A stretch of DNA of 64,000 nucleotides, taken from contig OZ249436.1 in the NCBI GenBank assembly GCA_965235115.1, forward strand, positions 2,482,001-2,546,000, given 5' to 3'. A program made the translations under genes and the position numbers. Every line of letters begins with the position of its first letter. The first letter of the stretch is position 1. The notes beneath the pieces were generated by a model. The model saw only the letters and a program-made list of their open reading frames with translations, made no database searches and was not told the origin of the DNA. Shown piece after piece: positions 11,470-22,400 of the stretch. The DNA comes from Laetmonice hystrix. Taxonomy: Eukaryota.

Positions 11470-12091
11470 AACAGTGGCGTCTATTTCAGTAAGTTTTCAA
11501 GATATCTCAATCAAATTTGGCACACATCTTGACCATGACAAGGACTGGTCAGACAATGAGTTGTGACATATCACGTGACGTGACGTATGACGTCACGTCA
11601 TGACGTTCATATTGGGAATTTCCAAACCCCATCATGGCGTTTTAATCAGGCAAGGGTCTAGTCTAACATGGACCCTTCATTTGTCATTTGACCTTGAACT
11701 TTGGGAGAACTGGGTCCTCAGTCACAAATCTCTTAAATCGCTACTCCTTCTTCATTTTTTGGTGAAATTCGACAATATTAGGCAGAAGGACTCTCTAACA
11801 TGAGCTTGTCTCAAATCATCAAAAGATAAGCGATTTGACTAATATTCGCTGAATCACGTGACTTTGAAATTTCGAAAAATTGTCAATTTTCTAGAACTTG
11901 TAAACGGTGCCAGATTTGGCATTGGTTACTATTAAACACAGATAAGAAGTCATTATGCTCTTTTATGATATTTTTTTTTTCAGGTCACGTGACCATTTTT
12001 AAAAATTAGAGGGAAAAAACAAAAAGAAAAAGAAACGTGACTCGGCCTGGGATTGAACGCGGGACCCTTCCGGTAGAAGTCCAAAAAAATA

Positions 12092-12168
12092 GGTGACTCG
12101 GCCTGGGATTGAACCGGCGACCCATAGCATGTGAGTCAAGACACTTATCGCCAGTGCTACGCCATCTG
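12092..12168 (-). pseudogene. tRNA-derived (SINE-head-like) fragment inside outer HINE, plus partial 3' duplicate at 12037-12082
   Basis: Minus strand reads TGGCGTAGCACTGG (A-box-like) ... GACTCACATG (CAC anticodon-like loop) ... GGTTCAATCCC (B-box) followed by a T run. Stems are too degenerate for a functional tRNA. Confidence 0.6.
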
Positions 12169-15100
12169 ACAAACTAATACTGGATTGAACTGGTACTGAT
12201 TACCACAGCCAGTGAACCTATATTTTGTGAGGGCTATAACTTGCTATCACTTGGTATCGTCATCCTTAAGGTCACGTGACCTGTGACGTCGTAAAGATGT
12301 CATCGATATTTTCTAAGGGATATAACTTGTTAATGCTTGAAGTTAGACCCATAGTTACTATTGAACACGAATAGGAAGTCATGTATACTCTTTCGTTTGG
12401 CATCATTATTTCTTAGGTCACGTGACCCATGACATAACGATGTCATCGATATTTTTTCAGGGTTTTAACTTGTAAATGGTAGGAGTTAGACCCATAGTTA
12501 GTATTGAATATAAACAGGAAGTCCTCATTATGTTCTTTCAATTGACACCAAGATTTATTCTGTTGTGTGATCTATTACATCCTTATGACGTAACTGAGCC
12601 CTTCTAAGGATTGTTAGAAGCCTGTAACTAGTAAACGGTGCTAGATACACCTATAGTTATTTTTGAACATGAATAGGAAGTCCATTGAGATCAATATTTA
12701 TGACGTAGCATAAGGTCATAATGACGTAACTTCCATCTTCTAAGGCTCATAAGTCGTCACGGGTGCAAGATAGTACCATAGTTATCGCTATTCAGAACAT
12801 GTTACATGGGACACCCCGGGGATGGGATCCATTGTGGTACTCCACAACGTATCTAGTTATAATATTGTTATTGAATACACTTAGGCCTAAAGGGAAAAAA
12901 ACAAAATGGCATGTTGTTTAGGTGCCGGTTCCGTGTTTTACGTCTCAGAATCTCTAATTGTATATCTGCTGCTTTCTGTATGCTACAACAAATTACAGTG
13001 CGCGATTGCTGATAGATAATGTGTAGAATGCAATGAATATAAAGTTTGACCTGGAGAAAAATCGCCTTCTGCTTCATCATCACTCCGTGAACAGCTTGCG
13101 ATGCCTGGAGAGAGTCACTGGAAACTACTTTTGGGATGTTCAGAGGCGGGATTTTAGCACTGTCACGAGGAATAAGCGTGTGTTCGATTGTTACGGATAT
13201 AACATTTCTCCCCGGTACCTCAGATGATGTGATCCATGCAGGTGTCATTTGCTGCGTCAATACAGAAGTCGGGTGATCTTCCTGTGAATCTGTTAAATGA
13301 TACACGGCATTATAGAAAGATGTTAGAAGTTGTGTTGGAACAGCTCCAGACTTCATGTTAGAGTTAATTTCCGCCGGCATTCAGAAGGGGAGAAAAGGTG
13401 TGATGGAAACATATATACTATACCAGATTCATCGCAGGTGCCAAACTGGCTATTGTAGTCTTGAATATAGTAGTCAAGATGTCCAGGAGAGTCTGGACAT
13501 CGTCACTGAAGCGGTATAGGTCGGTTTGATTTTTATGAAGCTCAAACACCAAGGTGACTGCCTACCGTTGTTCTCTTGGGTGAATAATGTTGGGAAAGTC
13601 TATCAGGAGAAGAAAACGATCCAGAAAACCATCGTCTCACGAACTCATATCGATAAGTTCATGTAGGAGAATATCCGGCTGTGTGTATATAGTGCAATGG
13701 ATAGAGCAGTCTTCGTAAATCCGCGCTCTTTGGACGCAAGTACAGCGGTCTCACCACGAGCTCCCCACATCTTGCACAGCAGTGCTCTTTCCCCCTTACC
13801 TTATACCTTGCTTGGCTGTTACGGTTGCTAGAAATCTCTGGCCTTCATCACTGGTAATTATGCCATAGCGGCCTGTCCTGCATTGGTGTGCCTGAAAAAG
13901 AATTGAGAAAGATATAAGTGAATGTATAAGAATAGCCGTTTGGGGGAAAATGAGGGGATTTATATAGGCTAAACGCAAGGCTTGTGGGGAAATAGGGTGC
14001 TGTATTAATAACCGCGTTTCATTCAACGTAGAAATGAATAATTGATGGCGTTAATATTAATGCATATGACTTTTTTTGGTGGAAAGTAAAGGTCTATCAC
14101 TATCCCTAGCCCTGACCTATTCCTAACCCCTACACTGGTCCCTAGACCTCCCAAAAACATTATCCCTAGCCCTGACCTTAACCCTAACCCTTCCCCAAAA
14201 ATTACCTGTACCTGTATACCGGCGGTGGTGTAGCTTTCCAATGCTACCATATGTCCAGTTTGTTCAGAACAGGGTCTATGATGTAATCATATGTGGTAGA
14301 TTTGCCGCCGCCCGGAGCTGATACCTGATTCAGTGAGGAGAAAAGGAACATTTAATTTTGGTACATGTATAGAGAACATAATGAGGACGTATAAAGCATA
14401 GAGAAAAGAATGAGGAATTAAGACTCGTCAAAATGAAGCCGGTGATTATTTATCACAAGACTTGTAAGTGTAGGCTACAATGTAACATCACTTTAACAAT
14501 CAGCAAATTATCATAATAGACAGTGTAGCTAATGCTATCATATGTACAGTTTTGTACAGTTATGTACAGTGTGGGGGGGGGGGCAAGTTAGCAAAAGAGA
14601 AAAATTCGCGCGGGGCAAACAATAATGAAAGCGTCACACATGCGCGTCTGTATAGTGTTAGTCCTCACCCCAATGCAAAATAGATTCAGGGGCATATATG
14701 TGTACCCTCAACATTGCCTAAAGGGCGCGTTTCCGGTCCGGATAGAGCTGCTTTAATAGGGTATAAGCCAGTCATTACCAATGTGGTAGTTGTGTTGTGG
14801 CATTCTGCGAAAATCCCAATGAAATCTGACGTGTCTTTCTTTAAGTAATTGTCCCAAACGAAGGCCTCCTTGAACGCCTGCTTATAAAGACGGTTGATAT
14901 CCTGACGGCAGTCTCTTCGGCTATTGCCGTGCAAATGGTACCTTCGCCGATGAAAATTTTGGAAAAGAATAAAGGATGCATGAATCATTATTGAACTACT
15001 ATGAACTACTAAAAGCACTATTATTGCTTTTCAAATGGACACGGGTGACTGGTTATGACCAGTGGACCGATACAGAAATAGTTACTCCTTGTGAAAGATC

Positions 15101-16166
15101 GAAACATTGTGAGATGGTGCAAGTTTCGTGAAATAGGTCAAGGCAAGTGGTCACGTTGAAACGACAGAAACGAGAGAATGGACAATGTCGACATCTCCTA
15201 GGCATAATTTCCCGTGTACACAAAAGATGCGCGAAATGCGCGAAGTCATAAACTAACAATGAATAGTCAACCACGATAATTTTAGTATTTTTTAAAAATA
15301 ACTTTTGGAGGAGGCGTAGAATATGTAGTTTAGATCTATCCGTTTTAAAAGCTTTTCGATGTTGTTTGCGACACTAGCAAAGAAAGAAGAAGCTTGTAAA
15401 CTTATATTAAATAAATCTGACAAATTCAGCCTGATTTCCGCAGGTAGGACCGATATGCTGAAGCCTACCTGAAAGATATTTTCAAATATCAAAATTACGG
15501 TTTTCAAATGCAACGAGAAATAGGCCTACATGTGGATATAATCACTTGGTATAATCACTGCTAATATATCATTGCTTGATTCTTTATATATTTAATTATC
15601 TCTCCCATTCATTCCTTGTATCATGATTAGTGAATTTCGTAATGACAGCAGGAGGCCTAAACAATTACAATATATATTGCGTAGGCCTATGCAGGTTGAC
15701 AGTCAGATGATGGCGAGCGGTCGGCACGGTCGGCAGGGTAGGCACAGTCGGCAGGGTCGGCCGGCAGTCAGACCAGGATGCTCAGCATTATAAATATTCA
15801 TTTTTTCGATGTACTAATTTGCCGGATATGACGTCATGTAAAGCGGTGGTGAAGTGGTTTTTGACCGAGGAAGTGAGGCCGCGCGCACTATTCGGCAGCC
15901 TGCTGACTTGTGCCGGTTAAGGCAATGATAAGCGAAAAATGGCTACATTTTTGATGCGTCAAATTGAAACTAAGCGTCCCAAAATTATGATTCTTAGGCC
16001 AGATGTACGACTGTCAAACATATAGGTCTCGTACGTTCGCTACAGCTATATGGTTCTGATGTGTACACTTCCCATTTGAGCATGTTCTCCAGATTTTAAC
16101 ATTAGATGCTCCTCGCCTGTACCTTTCATTTCCACTACCTCACTGTAGTGTTTGCACCTTTCATTA

Positions 16167-16696
16167 AGGGGCATATTATGAGGAAACGTTAAAAATCGGT
16201 ATTTCATAGAACTTTTGCTGTTTTCATAAAGAGATCCTTCATTAAAATTGCTTGGTAAAGAAAGACAGACTTATCAGTTTCATTTTGCGTGAGAAATCGA
16301 AGTTTATTAAGCTCCCTTGCCCGCTTCTCTGCTGATTTCGTAAAATATTTTTTGGGTGGCATTCTGATGCCGGGCAATCGAGTTCCACTGCTGAATTGTT
16401 TACAACTAAGCAAAGCACGTGACTAAGCACATGCAGAGAGTGCACACACACAGGATGTGACACAGTATGCAATTACACGGGTTGATGGGGGGTTGTCCGC
16501 CAAATTATGGCGGGAGATGTGCTATCGGGAGAAATCTATAGGTTTGGTCGTATAGAACCTACTTGTGCTGCATACGCAGCGAAAACACGTCGGAGGACAA
16601 AATGCTGTGGTAGGATTATTTACTTGAAACCCTAGTACACAGTCATGTTGGATAATTGCCGGAAATCCTCAAAAACGTGTTTCATAGCATGCCCCT
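16167..16696. mobile_element. 530-bp MITE with AGGGGCAT termini and TTA target duplication (PIF/Harbinger-like, Kolobok not excluded), copy 1
   Basis: TTA at 16164-16166 and 16697-16699, empty site CATTAGG in other monomers. Left AGGGGCATATTATGAGGAAACGTT vs revcomp right AGGGGCATGCTATGAAACACGTT. Confidence 0.85.
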
Positions 16697-18063
16697 TTAG
16701 GCCAGTCGGTAAGATTTAAGGATTTCTCACTCTACTGGTTGGCCTTCCCCACTGCTTGGCCCCACAGTGTACTGTTTGGCCTCACTGTAGGCCTACTCTT
16801 AGGCCTTACTGTAGTGTTTGCCGTAAAGCTTTAGTTAACAATGGAAAATGACGTTGTACGCCTTTTCTATATCAGATATCCCATCCCCAAGTAACAAACA
16901 AACAAAGGAAGGTTACCGAGATTTTGCAGGCAAGAAACACCAGGATGCAGCACAACTGCACTGAAGGGGGGGGGGGGGGTCTCCGACTGCACTGCTACCT
17001 TCCGGCTAGCGGTGGAATCACCACGTACTGGCAGGCACCTGTGGCTCTGAGGCGAGAGACAGGTTAAGGCAATGATAAGCGAAAAATGGCTACATTTTTG
17101 ATGCGTCAAATTGAAACTAAGCCTCCCAAAATTATTATTCTTAGGCCAGATGTACGACTGTCAAACGTATAGGTCTCGTACGTTCGCTACAGATATATGG
17201 TTGTGATGTGTACACTTCGCATTTGGGTATCTTCTCCAGATTTTAACATTAGATGCTCCTCGCCTGTACCTTTCATTTCCTCTACCTCACTGTAGTGTTT
17301 GCATGGGTACTAGGCCAGCCGGTAAGATTTAATGATTTCTCACTCTACTGGTTGGCCTTCCCCACTGCTTGGCCCCACAGCATACTGTTTGGCCTCACTG
17401 TAGGCCTACTCTTTGGCCTCACTGTAGTGTTCGCTTGGGTGCTAGGCCAGACGGTATACCTTGTAGCCATTCCTCCCTGTACTGTTTGGTCTTCCTCTAC
17501 CGTTTGCTTGTATACAAGAGTAGCCAGTAGTATAGGGACGCCTCATGTTTCATGTTTACATGCCTTTATTGTCCAGGAGGAAGGCCATCCGTTTCGTCTA
17601 TCATCTACTCCCATCTAATCTATGTCCCCCACAGACCATCTGTAAGCGTCCGACAACGTTGTCAGGTCGTCCCAATGACTGTTTGCCGTAAAGCTTTAGT
17701 TAACAATGGAAAATGACGTTGTACGCCTTTTCTATATCAGATATCCCATCCCCAAGTAACAAACAAACAAAGGAAGGTTACCGAGATTTTGCAGGCAAGA
17801 AACACCAGGGTGCAGCACAACTGCACTGAAGCGGGGGGGGGGGGTCTCCGACTGCACTGCTACCTTCCGGCTAGCGGTGGAATCACCACGTACTGGCAGG
17901 CACGTGTGGCTCTGAGGCGAGAGACAGGTTAAGGCAATGATAAGCGAAAAATGGCTACATTTTTGATGCGTCAAATTGAAACTAAGCGTCCCAAAATTAT
18001 GATTCTTAGGCCAGATGTACGACTGTCAAACATATAGGTCTCGTACGTTCGCTACAGCTATAT

Positions 18064-19439
18064 CAAAAATGGGGGATTGTAACACATCTGACAAAGTTGT
18101 CCCATTCAAATCGAACTTTTACTCAGTAGAATAGGGCTACAACAACAAACTAGGTATATTCTGAAAGCTTATCATGTCACCTTTCTACTGATGTCACATT
18201 TATCACAGTTTGATTCAATGCAACCAAGTTCTTGTGTTGTGAATGAAATGAGTACCTGGGGGGATCGGAGGAGGCGGTCGGAGGAGGCGGTGCATTTTCA
18301 ATACAGACTTCAATGTGTGGTTCTGTTATTAGCATATAGGTGTCTCTAGGTTTCCAAGAGGGTCAAAGATAGGCCAGTAGAAGGAAGCTATTTTAGTAGT
18401 GGACAGATCTTACTACAGGTAAGAACAAATTGGCCTTCCAATTCTACAATCTTGTCAACTAGTGATCGTGAGATTTTTAATCCCCTTGTTATGCTGCGCT
18501 TGTTGGTGTATTTAGATGTGTACATGGGAATGAGAAAATTGGAACAGGCACGTGGGTGTTTAGTTTGCATTGTGATCCCTATATATGAGGATTTTATGCA
18601 TAAATAGTCATGAAGGGTATACAGCTGGGACTGCCAATGGACTACGAGTTAGGAGTAGTACAACGATTTTGATTTAGGATGGTCAAGTTTACATAAAAAC
18701 GGAATTGTCATAAGGTTTTATGAATTTGAAAAACAAAAGATAAGGGTTATACTTTGACTTAAGTACCGTAGTTTTATACATATGGGCCCAGAATCGCCCG
18801 CTTCACCCCTTAGCACAACCCTTGGTAGTTGCCAGTATTATTAGGTTATTATTTCACTGTATTTGTACTAAGTCAGTACACTTTGTTGCGAGGTCCGAGG
18901 TGCAAGATGGTGCTAATTACAATTATTTAATAATTATTTATTATCTTAAGAGATTTATTTTCTCATTGTTGGCTTTTATTCAACTTTACACAGTCATGGA
19001 TTGCCCGAGGGCTCTAAATATAAAAGCTGATCATTTCCATTGCATTTTTCATGATTTTCACCCACCTGATTTTCAAAGTTCTTTTTTGTAGTCATTTTGG
19101 TGTGGGACATCAAAACATGAGGTCTCACTTGAAAGAACATTTTCTTGTCTGCATTTTGCCACCAGTTTGGTGAAATTCGGTTGATATAAGGGAAGTTAGG
19201 CTTATTTTTGTCAAACCATGTCCGTTTTGAGAAAATCAATAAAAAAGGTTGGAGTCCCAATGCATTATCCCATTGATTACGGTAATTCAATTGTACTTTA
19301 TTCATTAACGGATGGGAATAATAGAGTCAGTTTATGTGCAATTAAGAGACCTTCATTTGTTTATTTCACAGGATGAATATTGAAAAATTGACCATTTTGA
19401 CCCTGTTACACTTTTTGCCCCCAGTTCACTAATCACGAC
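18064..19439. mobile_element. 1,376-bp AT-rich insertion replacing ~48 bp of satellite, probable truncated DNA-transposon fragment, copy 1
   Basis: Satellite stops at ...CAGCTATAT (18063) and resumes at CATTAGATG (19440) with no TSD. Partial inverted motifs GGGGG..TGTAACA (left) and TGTTACA..CCCCCAGTTCACTA (right). Confidence 0.6.
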
Positions 19440-22400
19440 CATTAGATGCTCCTCGCCTGTACCTTTCATTTCCACTACCTCACTGTAGTGTTTGTACCTT
19501 TCATTAGGCCAGTCGGTAAGATTTAAGGATTTCTCACTCTACTGGTTGGCCTTCCCCACTGCTTGGCCCCACAGTGTACTGTTTGGCCTCACTGTAGGCC
19601 TACTCTTAGGCCTCACTGCAGTGTTCGCTTTGGTGCTAGGCCAGACAGTATACCTTGTAGCCATTCCTCCCTGTACTGTTTGGTCTTCCTCTACTGTTTG
19701 CTTGTATACAAGAGTAGCCAGTAGTATAGGGACGCCTCATGTTTCATGTTTCCATGCCTTTATTGTCCAGGAGGAAGGCCATCCGTTTCGTCTATCATCT
19801 ACTCCCATCTAATCTATGTCCCCTACAGACCATCTGTAAGCGTCCGACAACGTTGTCAGGTCGTCCCAATGACTGTTTGCCGTAAAGCTTTAGTTAACAA
19901 TGGAAAATGACGTTGTACGCCTTTTCTATATCAGATATCCCATCCCCAAGTAACAAACAAACAAAGGAAGGTTACCGAGATTTTGCAGGCAAGAAGCACC
20001 AGGGTGCAGCACAACTGCACTGAAGCGGGGGGGGGGGGCATTCCGACTGCACTGCTACCTTCCGGCTAGCGGTGGAATCACCACGTACTGGCAGGCACCT
20101 GTGGCTCTGAGGCGAGAGACAGGTTAGGGCAATGATAAGCGAAAAATGGCTACATTTTTGATGCGTCAAATTGAAACTAAGCCTCCCAAAATTATGATTC
20201 TTAGGCCAGATGTACGACTGTCAAACGTATAGGTCTCGTACGTTCGCTACAGATACATGGTTGTGATGTGTACACTTCCCATTTGAGCATGTTCTCCAGA
20301 TTTTAACATTAGATGCTCCTCGCCTGTACCTTTCATTTCCACTACCTCACTGTAGTGTTTGCACCTTTCATTAGGCCAGCCGGTAAGATTTAACGATTTT
20401 CCACTCTACTCATTGGCCTTCCCCACTGCTTGGCCCCACAGCATACTGTTTGGCCTCACTGTAGGCCTACTCTTTGGCCTCACTGTAGTGTTCGCTTGGG
20501 TGCTAGGCCAGACGGTATACCTTGTAGCCATTCCTCCCTGTACTGTTTGGTCTTCCTCTACCGTTTGCTTGTATACAAGGGTAGCCAGTAGTATAGGGAC
20601 GCCTCATGTTTCATGTTTCCATGCCTTTATTGTCCAGGACGAAGGCCATCCGTTTCGTCTATCATCTACTCCCATCTAATCTATGTCCCCCACAGACCAT
20701 CTGTAAGCGTCCGACAACGTTGTCAGGTCGTCCCAATGACTGTTTGCCGTAAAGCTTTAGTTACCAATGGAAAATGACGTTGTACGCCTTTTCTATATCA
20801 GATATCCCATCCCCAAGTAACAAACAAACAAAGGAAGGTTACCGAGATTTTGCAGGCAAGAAACACCAGGGTGCAGCACAACTGCACCGAAGCGGGGGGG
20901 GGGGTCTCCGACTGCACTGCTACCTTCCGGCTAGCGGTGGAATCACCACGTACTGGCAGGCACCTGTGGCTCTGAGGCGAGAGACAGGTTAAGGCAATGA
21001 TAAGCGAAAAATGGCTACATTTTTGATGCGTCAAATTGAAACTAAGCGTCCCAAAATTATGATTCTTAGGCCAGATGTACGACTGTCAAACATATAGGTC
21101 TCGTACGTTCGCTACAGCTATATGATTCTGATGTGTACACTTCCCATTTGAGCATGTTCTCCAGATTTTAACATTATATGCTCCTCGCCTGTACCTTTCA
21201 TTTCCACTACCTCACTGTAGTGTTTGCACCTTTCATTAGGCCAGTCGGTAAGATTTAAGGATTTCTCACTCTACTGGTTGGCCTTCCCCACTGCTTGGCC
21301 CCACAGTGTACTGTTTGGCCTCACTGTAGGCCTACTCTTAGGCCTCACTGTAGTGTTCGCTTTGGTGCTAGGCCAGACAGTATACCTTGTAGCCATTCCT
21401 CCCTGTACTGTTTGGTCTTCCTCTACTGTTTGCTTGTATACAAGAGTAGCCAGTAGTATAGGGACGCCTCATGTTTCATGTTTCCATGCCTTTATTGTCC
21501 AGGAGGAAGGCCATCCGTTTCGTCTATCATCTACTCCCATCTAATCTATGTCCCCTACAGACCATCTGTAAGCGTCCGACAACGTTGTCAGGTCGTCCCA
21601 ATGACTGTTTGCCGTAAAGCTTTAGTTAACAATGGAAAATGACGTTGTACGCCTTTTCTATATCAGATATCCCATCCCCAAGTAACAAACAAACAAAGGA
21701 AGGTTACCGAGATTTTGCAGGCAAGAAGCACCAGGGTGCAGCACAACTGCACTGAAGCGGGGGGGGGGCACTCCGACTGCACTGCTACCTTCCGGCTAGC
21801 GGTGGAATCACCACGTACTGGCAGGCACCTGTGGCTCTGAGGCGAGAGACAGGTTAGGGCAATGATAAGCGAAAAATGGCTACATTTTTGATGCGTCAAA
21901 TTGAAACTAAGCCTCCCAAAATTATGATTCTTAGGCCAGATGTACGACTGTCAAACGTATAGGTCTCGTACGTTCGCTACAGATACATGGTTGTGATGTG
22001 TACACTTCCCATTTGAGCATGTTCTCCAGATTTTAACATTAGATGCTCCTCGCCTGTACCTTTCATTTCCACTACCTCACTGTAGTGTTTGCACCTTTCA
22101 TTAGGCCAGCCGGTAAGATTTAACGATTTTCCACTCTACTCATTGGCCTTCCCCACTGCTTGGCCCCACAGCATACTGTTTGGCCTCACTGTAGGCCTAC
22201 TCTTTGGCCTCACTGTAGTGTTCGCTTGGGTACTAGGCCAGACGGTATACCTTGTAGCCATTCCTCCCTGTACTGTTTGGTCTTCCTCTACCGTTTGCTT
22301 GTATACAAGGGTAGCCAGTAGTATAGGGACGCCTCATGTTTCATGTTTCCATGCCTTTATTGTCCAGGACGAAGGCCATCCGTTTCGTGTATCATCTACT

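Larger units (their letters stand above)
9085..12858 (+). mobile_element. Helentron-associated non-autonomous element (HINE/DINE-1-like), outer element (9085-9145 + 11416-12858), copy 1
   Basis: 5' subTIR TATCCCATCCCC with adjacent inverted copy, (GTA)n at 11428-11468, degenerate ~146-bp core repeats, 3' subTIR GGGGATGGGAT (12818-12828), hairpin TTGTGG-TACT-CCACAA and terminal CTAGTT. Inserted at TT with no TSD. Confidence 0.8.
8365..14960 (-). pseudogene. Multi-exon P-loop ATPase/helicase-like gene (DUF3987/YfjI-like), disrupted, cargo of Merlin copy 1
   Basis: Minus-strand motifs in order: FVWDNYLKKDTSDFIGIFAECHN..AALSGP (~14900-14730), Walker A APGGGKST (14318-14295), ALESYTTAGIQ, phase-0 GT-AG intron (14211 or 14205 to 13892), Walker B GIITSDEG (13864-13841), LLCKMWG, SIALYT/QPD, DDGFLDRFLL (13636-13607). 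Probable later exons at ~13380-13050, ~9050-8940 and ~8640-8365. Several frameshifts and stops. The core (14340-13560) is well supported, the outer exons less so. Confidence 0.72.
6168..15914 (+). mobile_element. Merlin (IS1595/ISXO2-like) DNA transposon, 9,747 bp, copy 1, non-autonomous
   Basis: Satellite 8-mer GGTTAAGG is duplicated at 6160-6167 and 15915-15922, and the monomer rejoins perfectly when the element is removed. Termini GGCTCATGTCAGGGAACTGCCG (6168-6189) and revcomp GGCACAAGTCAGCAGGCTGCCG (15893-15914) match at 16/22. An 8-bp TSD, GG termini and an IS1595-type transposase are Merlin hallmarks. Confidence 0.92.

Noticed and set aside
12092..12168. Functional tRNA-Val(CAC)
   Set aside because: Acceptor and anticodon stems do not pair properly, and it lies inside a mobile element.
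16204..16472. Short ORFs in the MITE, and those in the 1.38-kb insert (18388-19305)
   Set aside because: No recognisable motifs, AT-rich, with lengths compatible with chance.
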